Source: Chloroflexota bacterium (GTDB lineage Bacteria; Chloroflexota; Dehalococcoidia; Lucifugimonadales; UBA3495). Taken from it: DNA of 49,484 nucleotides. Below, piece after piece: positions 1-7,525 of the stretch; within the stretch, counting starts at the first letter, position 1, and each line of letters starts with the position of its first letter. The DNA is taken from positions 1 through 49,484 of the forward strand of contig JACZYV010000002.1 in the NCBI GenBank assembly GCA_022570905.1. The letters run 5' to 3'. The notes under the pieces were generated by a model. The model saw only the letters and a list, made by a program, of their open reading frames with translations. It did not search any database and was not told the origin of the DNA. The position numbers were made by a program, and so were the translations under genes.

Positions 1-121
1 CCATCCTAGCCTTCCCCCTTGCGAGAGGGAAGGGACTCGTTCTCTCCTCCTGGAGGGGAATGATTGGGGCGGGGTTGAAGGCCTCTTGGGGAACACGCCA
101 CCGATGAGGAGGCCAGACGGG

Positions 122-616
122 TTATTGGACCGTGATGGTCCCTGTCATGGAAGGATGGATACTGCAAAAATATGGGAACGCGCCCGAACTGTTGAATCTG
201 TGGCTGAAGGTACCGTTCTGACTGATCGCGGAACTATCGAATGCGCCGTCGAAGTTGGGCGATATCCCGGAGGTGGAGGTGTGCGCAGCGCTATCCAGGT
301 TGGTCCAGGTAACAGTTGTGCCGGCGGAGATAGTGAAACTCTCCAACGCGAAACTTTTGATCTGGGATGCCCTGGTCTGGCCCCCTGATGTTGCCCCGGG
401 GGTCGGCGTTGGCACCGAGCTGGAACCGCCGCCGCAGGCCATAGCCGCAATCAGACCCATCGATGCCAGCCCGCCGAACAGCGCTTGGCGCCATGAGAAT
501 GGTTTAGCCGCGGGATTTGTTCCGCCCCTTTGACCGTGCTCGATTCGGCTCATTTTTCCGAGGATTCCTTTTTGCCCGTCGGGCCAAATATAATTCATTC
601 CCCCGTCAAATTCCAC
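122..616 (-). CDS. Cupredoxin (amicyanin/plastocyanin-like type-1 blue copper protein), probable lipoprotein
   Basis: The C-terminal FCSIHPSMTGTITVQ gives a Cys-x2-His-x2-Met copper ligand loop, with an upstream His in SAAHTSTS. An N-terminal hydrophobic stretch ends in the lipobox-like AAMAC-GGGSS. The start is uncertain (GTG 616 or ATG 553). Confidence 0.75.
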   Translation of the reverse strand: MEFDGGMNYIWPDGQKGILGKMSRIEHGQRGGTNPAAKPFSWRQALFGGLASMGLIAAMACGGGSSSVPTPTPGATSGGQTRASQIKSFALESFTISAGTTVTWTNLDSAAHTSTSGISPNFDGAFDSSAISQNGTFSHRFNSSGAFPYFCSIHPSMTGTITVQ

Positions 617-632
617 TCAGCGTGGGCAGGTT

Positions 633-1805
633 TTACGGCGCCGGCGTGGCGGTCGTGGGAGCCGATGGCGCCGGGGTCGGCAACACGCCCTTTCTGGAAA
701 CGAAATAATAGGGGTCCGGCTGAAGCAACATCTGGCTCACGAACAGGTCCAGCGCCTGGTCGGAGAAGTAAACGTAGTAGGGCGAAATCGAAACCCGGGA
801 AGGCCTTACGCTGTCCAGGAAGTAGCCCCATTTGTCTATCCTGCCATCCAGCGATGGCGAGGCCCGCACAACATAGCTGGCCACGTTGGCCTCGTCGACA
901 TAGTTGTCGGCTAGTTGGTCGAAGGGTCCGTCATAGTAGTCGTTGATCGTCGCGTTTTGGCCGCGGATGGCCACCAGCACCTTTCTGGCGTCGTGGGCGC
1001 GGTCAACCCAAAATGCGAATCCGCTCCGCCGCCCCACCAAAATATCCTCACCGTGGGGCATCAACACATCGGGCAGAGGCACCTCTTCGTTCAGCACCCA
1101 ATTGAAGTAATTACGCTCGGTATTGAACAGCAGGATGAAGTTGTAACCTGACTCATCGTAGGTCTTCTCGATGTATTCTTCGCTCTCGCCAAGTTCGAAG
1201 AGGGCCGGAGGCTCTTGGCTGATCTGGTTCAAGTTGAAGATTACCTCTTTACCGTCGAAGCGGACCTTGAATGTGAACCTGTCCAACTCTTCGATCCTCA
1301 ATCCGTCGGCGTCGGTGAAGAATTTGTTCCGGACCAAGCGGGGCTCGGTGACGTAGGGCGACTCCTTGAACTCGAAGTAGGCGAAAGACAACACGCCGCG
1401 CTCACGCCGGCCCGCCGCCAGACGGATGTTGCCCCACAATTGCTTACCGTCGACGAAGAGTTTGAAGTAGTAATAGTTCTCGGTTGGGTAGACAACGACT
1501 TCGTCGGGCAGGCTGGAGAATACGAAGGTGAATACCTCATCCACATTCTCCACGTCAAGGGCTTTGCTTCGGAGGCCCTCCAGCCATCTCTGGTTGAAGA
1601 CCAGGTAGGGCTGGTCTCCGGTGGTGACGTTGGCGGCCGGAGGAGGAGCCGGCGTTCTGGTGTTGGCGGAAACCGCCGGCGCGTCCCCGGAGCCGGCTTC
1701 AGGGCTGGAAGCCGCTCCTCCGCCGCATGCGGCCAGCGCCAGCAGACCAAAACCAATGGGAGCCAGGAACCGTCCCCTGCCTGTGATGGATATCGTGAGA
1801 TTCAT
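633..1805 (-). CDS. Uncharacterised lipoprotein (~390 aa), no domain recognised
   Basis: Long ORF with high GC3. ATG 1805 is preceded by GGAGAAGGG. The signal peptide ends in LALAAC-GGG (lipobox) and is followed by a Pro/Ala-rich linker. The C-terminus is also Pro/Thr/Ala-rich. Confidence 0.7.
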   Translation of the reverse strand: MNLTISITGRGRFLAPIGFGLLALAACGGGAASSPEAGSGDAPAVSANTRTPAPPPAANVTTGDQPYLVFNQRWLEGLRSKALDVENVDEVFTFVFSSLPDEVVVYPTENYYYFKLFVDGKQLWGNIRLAAGRRERGVLSFAYFEFKESPYVTEPRLVRNKFFTDADGLRIEELDRFTFKVRFDGKEVIFNLNQISQEPPALFELGESEEYIEKTYDESGYNFILLFNTERNYFNWVLNEEVPLPDVLMPHGEDILVGRRSGFAFWVDRAHDARKVLVAIRGQNATINDYYDGPFDQLADNYVDEANVASYVVRASPSLDGRIDKWGYFLDSVRPSRVSISPYYVYFSDQALDLFVSQMLLQPDPYYFVSRKGVLPTPAPSAPTTATPAP

Positions 1806-1874
1806 CGGTCCAACCCTTCTCCGTACCACCCCACGCCACTGTCCCGGCGGGGTAGGGCAGGGGAAATAACCGAC

Positions 1875-1903
1875 ATTATCTTACCCCTCTAGAGGTTAGT
1901 CGA
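1875..1903 (-). promoter_or_regulatory. Candidate sigma70-type promoter for the lipoprotein/cupredoxin pair
   Basis: The minus strand reads TCGACT - 17 nt - GATAAT, about 70 nt upstream of ATG 1805. Confidence 0.3.
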
Positions 1904-1967
1904 GGAGCAGTCCGCCACGGGCGGCGCCGGCCCCGGACCGGTTGATTCCACCGTCGCCAGTCCGGGA

Positions 1968-2183
1968 TCAGTTCGATCCCGAGTGTACTGCATCGTGGGA
2001 GCCCACCGCTTCGTGGTCCGACAGGAAGGCGTCATGGGAGCCGGCATCGTAATGAGACGATAGCGCCGGATCGTGGGAGGCAGTCTCGTCATGGTTGGAG
2101 ATCACCGCGTCATGAGAGCCAACATCGTAGTGCCTCGACAACGCGACGTCGTGGGAGCCCACCTGGTCGTGGGCGGACAACAC
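1968..2183 (-). CDS. His/Asp-rich tandem-repeat protein (minimal ORF from GTG 2183; the repeat frame stays open upstream to 2480)
   Basis: Repeated SHDxxLSxH[YF]DxG units. It is the only frame open across the whole repeat array. Differences between units in the SHD core are synonymous in this frame. No Shine-Dalgarno precedes GTG 2183. Confidence 0.5.
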   Translation of the reverse strand: MLSAHDQVGSHDVALSRHYDVGSHDAVISNHDETASHDPALSSHYDAGSHDAFLSDHEAVGSHDAVHSGSN

Positions 2184-2312
2184 GGAATCGTGGGAAGCCG
2201 TCTCATAGTGGGCCGACAGGGCAACGTCGTGGGACCCGCTTTGGTCATGGCCCGACAGGAAAGCGTCGTGGGATCCCGCATCGAAGTGGGTCGAGAGCGT
2301 GGCGTCGTGGGA
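1971..2312 (-). repeat. Head-to-tail 39-bp tandem array, 8 full units plus a 30-bp partial unit
   Basis: The core GGC TCC CAC GAC (plus strand gtcgtgggagcc) recurs every 39 nt. Confidence 0.9.
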
Positions 2313-2353
2313 ACTGCCGGATAGGGCTGCGGGAGGTGCAATGGTGAGCGATG

Positions 2354-3061
2354 CTAGCTTTGTGAAACGATCTCGCCGTCCACCAGGTCCAGACGTCTCC
2401 GCGCCGTGGCCGCCAGGTCCAGGTCGTGGGTGGCCACGATCACGGTGGCCCGGCGGGACGCAGCAACCTCGCCCAGGGTCTCAGCGATGGACCGGGCGGT
2501 GGCGGTGTCAAGTTCACCGGTGGGCTCGTCGGCAAATACCACCTCAGGCCCAGCCACCAGCGCCCTGGCGATGGATACCCGCTGTTGTTCGCCGCCGGAG
2601 AGTTCAAAGGGACGGTGGCGGGCGCGGGTGCCCAGCCCCACCGCCCGCAGGGCCTCGTGGGCCCGCTGCCTCCGTTCCCGCCAGGACATGCCGCCGATGT
2701 GCAACGGCAATTCCACGTTTTCCTGGGCGGACAGCAAGGGCATGAGCCCGAATGATTGAAAAACGAAACCGATCTTATGCCGCCGCATCTCCACCAGGTC
2801 CGCCTCCCGCATCTCCGCCAGATCATCGCCGTGGAAAAGCACCGTGCCCGTGCTGGGACGGTCCAGCCCGGAGAGCAGATTGAGCAGCGTGGTCTTGCCG
2901 GAACCGGACCGGCCGGTTACCGCCAGGAATTCCCCCTGTTCGACGGTTAGACTGATGGCCGACAGGGCCGTCACGGCGGTGGCGCCTGACCCGAAGACCC
3001 GGCTTACATCCAAGGCCGTGAGCACCGGCCCGTTGGTTCTATTGGCTTGCATTACATCCAT
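2354..3061 (-). CDS. ABC transporter ATP-binding protein, MacB/LolD-type (ATPase 2)
   Basis: Walker A GRSGSGKTT, LSGLDRPSTG, signature [15 protein letters not shown], Walker [14 protein letters not shown]-loop ATHD. Confidence 0.9.
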   Translation of the reverse strand: MDVMQANRTNGPVLTALDVSRVFGSGATAVTALSAISLTVEQGEFLAVTGRSGSGKTTLLNLLSGLDRPSTGTVLFHGDDLAEMREADLVEMRRHKIGFVFQSFGLMPLLSAQENVELPLHIGGMSWRERRQRAHEALRAVGLGTRARHRPFELSGGEQQRVSIARALVAGPEVVFADEPTGELDTATARSIAETLGEVAASRRATVIVATHDLDLAATARRRLDLVDGEIVSQS

Positions 3062-3104
3062 TAACCTTGACTAGTTGGCCATCACTGGTTGGTTCCATTG
3101 GGGG

Positions 3105-4052
3105 TTAACCCCGGCTCCTGTGCTGCCGGGGGTTGGAGCCCGGCGGGTCGATGGTGATCTGGCTGCCATCCGACTTGATCCTGGCCAGGCCCCCACGGCG
3201 GAAGCGCTCGGCCAATTCCGTTGGGAGCTGGAGCCGGCCCGCCTGGTCCACAACCACGTATTCTTCTTCCACGGTGCCGCCATCACGCCGGTAATCGGGC
3301 CGGGAGAAAGTCTCGGAGCCGATTCGTCCGTCCCGGATATGGACCACGCGGTCCACAAACTGGGAAACACCCTGATAGTGGGTTACGGTGACCACGGTTA
3401 TGCCGTAGGAGCGGTTCAAGTCGCGGATCATCTGAAAGATGCTGTCCGCGTTCTCGGTGTCCAGCTCTCCGGTGGGTTCGTCGGCCAAAAGCAGGGGAGG
3501 CTTGTTGGCCAGACCCACGGCGATGGCGGCCCGTTGCTGTTCACCGCCGGACAACTGGTAGGGAAAGCGCTTTCTTTTGTCGGCCATATCCAGAGACACC
3601 AACAACTCGTCCGACCAGGCACGGCGCGCTTTTGCCGGCTGTCCGGACAGCGCCATGGGCAGTTCGATGTTGTCGGCGACGGAGAGGTAGGGCAACAGGT
3701 TCCGCGCCGTGGCCTGCCAAACAAAACCCACCTCCGAGCGCCGGTACATCACCAGGTCGCTGTCGGAGACGTCCAGCAGGTCTCGGGAGCCGACCAACAC
3801 CTGGCCCGCCGAGGGCCGGTCCAGGCCGGCCAGGATGTTGAGCAGCGTGCTTTTGCCGCTGCCGCTGGCCCCGATGACGGCGATCAATTCGCCGGATTCC
3901 ACGCTGAGGTCCAACCCCCGCAGGGCCACCACCTCCAAGTCGGCGCGTTTGTAGATCTTGAAAAGATCACGGCAATCGATGTACGGACCCGAAGCCCGGG
4001 CGGCCGCGCCGGTATCTCCACGGTATTCCCGATATTCATCAACCTGGGTCAT
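3105..4052 (-). CDS. ABC transporter ATP-binding protein, MacB/LolD-type, with a C-terminal AbrB/SpoVT-like extension (ATPase 1)
   Basis: Walker [50 protein letters not shown]. An extra ~85-aa tail contains [19 protein letters not shown]...[15 protein letters not shown] lies 8 nt upstream of the ATG. Confidence 0.9.
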   Translation of the reverse strand: MTQVDEYREYRGDTGAAARASGPYIDCRDLFKIYKRADLEVVALRGLDLSVESGELIAVIGASGSGKSTLLNILAGLDRPSAGQVLVGSRDLLDVSDSDLVMYRRSEVGFVWQATARNLLPYLSVADNIELPMALSGQPAKARRAWSDELLVSLDMADKRKRFPYQLSGGEQQRAAIAVGLANKPPLLLADEPTGELDTENADSIFQMIRDLNRSYGITVVTVTHYQGVSQFVDRVVHIRDGRIGSETFSRPDYRRDGGTVEEEYVVVDQAGRLQLPTELAERFRRGGLARIKSDGSQITIDPPGSNPRQHRSRG

Positions 4053-4087
4053 CTAGCGTCTCCCATGATATATAAGGGGGAACTGGG

Positions 4088-7000
4088 TCATCCCGCATCT
4101 CCCATCCTGAGTACCTGCTGCACTTGTATCTTTGAGCTCAACCACGCCAGCCAGACCACCGTTACCACGGTGACCACCGCCAAAACCAGATAGGACACCG
4201 AGAGCGTCAACCAATCGGTGGTGAATGCCATGGGCGGCGTAACGCGCTCTCCTTCTTCGGCCACCTCCATCAGGGGCAAGAGGCTCGATCCGATCAGTTG
4301 GCCTACCCACGTTCCCAGGGCCACGCCGCATAGAACGATCAAGAATAGATTAAACCATACGATACCCCGTAATTGTCCGCCGGTCGCGCCCAGGGTCCGC
4401 AGCAGGGCGAACTCGGTCTGACGTTCCTTGGTGTCAAGGAACGAGAACAACATCACTCCCGAGCCGCTGGCCAGGGCCACCGCCAAGAACAAAAGCACCA
4501 GAAGGGCGCCCCAACCGGCGTTCACCAACGGTTGGTCCACCCGCGACGCCACCATGGCCTCCGCGTCAAATACCTCCCTGATGCTGACGCCCAACCGCTT
4601 CATTGACTCGTTGACCCGGCCGGCATCTCCCGCATCTCCCAGGTTATTCGACGCGCCAGGGACCGGCACGCCGGGGGTAGAGGTCAGGTCGATCCATATC
4701 TCGTTGGCTCCGGACAGGGGTATGCGGCTGTGTTGATTGGACGCGGCCGCAAACCTTTCCAGGTCCACCACCACAAAGGGTTTGTCCCCCGGGTCCAGCG
4801 TTGGGAAATAATTGGCCACGGCGGCGATGTTGACCAGCACGGAAAAGGTGGACAGCCCCAAGATCACGTCTTCGCCCACGGAGGCATCGGCCAGCTTCAA
4901 GAACTCTTCGTTGACCACCGCCGGAACCGGGGCCTCCGTTGGACCGGGTCTCAATCCCCGCATGCCGACGCCGCCGCTGGCCCAGCTGAACCGCATGGAT
5001 AATGGGAACTGGCCGCCCCCCGCCGACCCGCTGGTCTCCAGGGCGTATAGGCCCGGCCGCGAGAAGTCTTGGATCACCGACCAATCCTCCGGCGATCGAA
5101 AATCGGCCAAGGTCACCGGTCCGCTGGGAGTCAACGCCTCCAGTCTTCCCAGGAACACTGCTCCCAAATCGTCCGACCCAAAGGTGCGGAATCGGTCGGT
5201 GACTTGCAAGGACTGAAGCGTGAAGGGAGGAACCAGAGAGATGCTGCGCGCCTCGTTGGTGAAACGGCGCCCGACGGCAACCACCGGCGACAGGTCGGAT
5301 TGGATCTTGTTCCAGCCCTGCTCTCCCAAATCACCCACCCAAGTGTCGAAATACAGTCCTTGAGCGTCACGCAGCCTGGCCCATAGGTTGGCCCCCGAGT
5401 CGAGCCCGGCTGGTTGCACCCAGATGGACAGACCGGTCACGTCAGCGGGCAAAACCAAACCTTGGGGGCCTTCCGGCCCGTCCAACAGCAACTGGGCCAA
5501 CTCGTTGATCGACTTCCCGCCGGCCAGGTCGTCCCTGAACCAGGCCACATCCGCGATCCGGGAAGCGTCCACCGCCAGAACCGCGGCCGAGGAACTAAAC
5601 CCAGTGGTGGTGATCTGCCCGTTGGTGCGGTACACGTCCGCGGCGTGGAGCACCTCCGGGAATTTCCGCACTTCTTCGGCGAACCTTCCGCCAGGTCTAG
5701 CGCTGGAAACCCCGCTGTGACGGATCCTCAAGTCAGCTCCCGCCGCGTATAGGGCCCGCTCCTTCTGACTCCGTTCCAATGTCGAACTGAAGGCACTGCC
5801 GATGACACCGAGAGCGGTGGCCAAGGTCAGCAACACGATCAAGATACCCGGCACCATTGGGTCTCGGGATACATGGCGCAGCGAGTGCACCAACCAAGAC
5901 GGAGCGAAGGGACCGGCCAGCCGCGAAAGAAGCATGGCGAACCACGGGAATATCCGCATGACCACCAACCCGACCGCCAGAAGCCCCAGGACCGGTCCCA
6001 ACATCAGGCTGTAGTCGATCTCCAGTTCCCGGCTGCCCACCGATTGGACCAGGAACGAACCCCGGCTTTGGATCTGCCACCAAAGAAGGCCGATGAGGGC
6101 CAGCAGCAGGAAGTCCAGGTAGTAACGATGCAGGAAAGACGCCGTGGGAGGCCGGGCCCCGGTCTGCCTCGCTTCCACGATGCCCTGTCTGGCCGCCGCC
6201 AGGGTGGCCACCGTGAACACCACCACCGCGAGAATCCCTCCGGCCAGCCCCAGCAGAACGGCTCCTTGAGACACAGTTACCGGCACACCGGATAATTGGT
6301 CGGCCCCCCCGCCCAAACTGAAGAAAACGTTGCCTAGGACCCTGACCACTCCCATGGCCAAGAACGGTCCAATTATCACCGCCGGGATACCCAGCAGCAG
6401 ACCCTCTCCCAGTCCTAACATGCCCACCTGCGCCGTGGTGGCGCCCCGGCTTTTCAGCATGGCGATCTCGCTGGAGCGGGAACGGACGATCAAGCCGGCC
6501 ACCAAAGCCAGATAATAAAGCAGGATCCCGGTGATCAGAAACACCACCAGAAACAGGGGCACCCTGGCCAACAATAATTGCTCGTCGAAGTCGGTCAGCA
6601 GGTTGTCCAGCCGGATGGAGAAGCTGGAATTCTTCAGATTGAATCTGATGTTATTCTCGGCCCGGAGGATGGTCTCCCGCAGGTCCCCCACATCTCCGGC
6701 CCGCAGTCCCTCCCGGTCCAGGTAGTAGAACCAGGTGACATCGGTGTACAGGGTCGGATACTCGCCGAGCACCCGGTTCAAGATGGCCTCTTCGCTGGTG
6801 AACAACGGCACGATGGTCCACCGGTCGTTCTTGACGCTGAAGTCCTTTTTGACCCGATACCAGAACTCGTCATCCGGGTCGACAAGCTCAAAAACCCCGG
6901 ATATCCGCACCGGCATGGAGGGCGGGTCGGTGAACGACGCCGCCGGGAAGACGTCCATCGTCTGGCCGACCTCCAGGCCCAGCAGCTCCAGGCCCAGACC

Positions 7001-7525
7001 GTCCACGGCGACGTCCACCGGAGTGCCCGGTGGCGCGGCGGCGTTTAGCGCCCCCGGCCAACTCCCCTGTGTCAGCGTGACCCGGTCCGGCGCGAAACCC
7101 GACATATAAATGATGGACCCCCTGGGCCGGATATCGTTGTCCAACTCCAGTTGCGGGTGCCCCTCGAAATAAAAGGTGGCGGTGTCCAGCACCCGTGCCT
7201 GTTCTTTCACATATGGAGCGAAGGGGGCGGATATCTCGTCTTGGGCGAATCTCAGCCGTTCCTGGTAAACCGCGCGGCGTCCCGAGGTCGTGGACGGCTC
7301 ATCCTGGCTGCTGAACGACCGCATCGAGATATTGACCTCTTCGGGGGGAGCCTGGAGCAGCGTGTGGCGCAGCGAAGCGTTGGACAATAGGTCGGAGAAG
7401 ATCACGCCGCTGGCCATCAGCGCCACCGCCATGAGGATGCCGCCAAAAAGCACGGCCTCCAAACGCCAGCCGGAAACGGCTCTCCGGACGGCCATCACGT
7501 AGGCGAACCGGATCATGGGCATCAT
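4088..7525 (-). CDS. FtsX-family ABC permease, fused double-FtsX type (1145 aa, ~10 TM, two large extracytoplasmic domains)
   Basis: By eye, the hydrophobic spans follow the pattern TM1, ~300-aa hydrophilic domain, TM2-7, ~420-aa hydrophilic domain, TM8-10. The start overlaps the upstream stop by 1 nt (TGATG). It is a paralog of 7525..10881. Confidence 0.8.
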   Translation of the reverse strand: MMPMIRFAYVMAVRRAVSGWRLEAVLFGGILMAVALMASGVIFSDLLSNASLRHTLLQAPPEEVNISMRSFSSQDEPSTTSGRRAVYQERLRFAQDEISAPFAPYVKEQARVLDTATFYFEGHPQLELDNDIRPRGSIIYMSGFAPDRVTLTQGSWPGALNAAAPPGTPVDVAVDGLGLELLGLEVGQTMDVFPAASFTDPPSMPVRISGVFELVDPDDEFWYRVKKDFSVKNDRWTIVPLFTSEEAILNRVLGEYPTLYTDVTWFYYLDREGLRAGDVGDLRETILRAENNIRFNLKNSSFSIRLDNLLTDFDEQLLLARVPLFLVVFLITGILLYYLALVAGLIVRSRSSEIAMLKSRGATTAQVGMLGLGEGLLLGIPAVIIGPFLAMGVVRVLGNVFFSLGGGADQLSGVPVTVSQGAVLLGLAGGILAVVVFTVATLAAARQGIVEARQTGARPPTASFLHRYYLDFLLLALIGLLWWQIQSRGSFLVQSVGSRELEIDYSLMLGPVLGLLAVGLVVMRIFPWFAMLLSRLAGPFAPSWLVHSLRHVSRDPMVPGILIVLLTLATALGVIGSAFSSTLERSQKERALYAAGADLRIRHSGVSSARPGGRFAEEVRKFPEVLHAADVYRTNGQITTTGFSSSAAVLAVDASRIADVAWFRDDLAGGKSINELAQLLLDGPEGPQGLVLPADVTGLSIWVQPAGLDSGANLWARLRDAQGLYFDTWVGDLGEQGWNKIQSDLSPVVAVGRRFTNEARSISLVPPFTLQSLQVTDRFRTFGSDDLGAVFLGRLEALTPSGPVTLADFRSPEDWSVIQDFSRPGLYALETSGSAGGGQFPLSMRFSWASGGVGMRGLRPGPTEAPVPAVVNEEFLKLADASVGEDVILGLSTFSVLVNIAAVANYFPTLDPGDKPFVVVDLERFAAASNQHSRIPLSGANEIWIDLTSTPGVPVPGASNNLGDAGDAGRVNESMKRLGVSIREVFDAEAMVASRVDQPLVNAGWGALLVLLFLAVALASGSGVMLFSFLDTKERQTEFALLRTLGATGGQLRGIVWFNLFLIVLCGVALGTWVGQLIGSSLLPLMEVAEEGERVTPPMAFTTDWLTLSVSYLVLAVVTVVTVVWLAWLSSKIQVQQVLRMGDAG

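Noticed and set aside
1971-2312. Regularly spaced 39-bp repeats that might be mistaken for a CRISPR array.
   Set aside because: The units are contiguous, with no unique spacers. They keep one open reading frame with synonymous-site variation, and there are no cas genes nearby. This is a coding tandem repeat.
2102-2341. Alternative Pro/Thr/Cys-rich frame over the repeat (TTG 2341 start, PTTLSCR...), considered as a possible RiPP-like precursor.
   Set aside because: This frame hits a stop inside the array. Unit-to-unit DNA differences are non-synonymous in it (PTT versus LMT) but synonymous in the SHD frame. It has no Shine-Dalgarno, and there are no modification enzymes nearby.
2357-2480. Programmed -1 ribosomal frameshift fusing ATPase 2 to the His-rich repeat.
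   Set aside because: The frames are compatible, but I found no X XXY YYZ slippery heptamer or obvious downstream pseudoknot in the 42-codon overlap. It is kept only as an alternative inside the main finding, and an assembly indel is at least as likely.
3075-4193. 372-aa plus-strand ORF, and many similar long antisense ORFs (e.g. 12876..13601, 14102..14719, 33918..34745, 39488..40189, 11569..12144).
   Set aside because: They lie antisense to genes with clear family motifs. They have Arg/Gly/Pro/His-rich composition typical of high-GC shadow frames, and they lack ribosome-binding sites.
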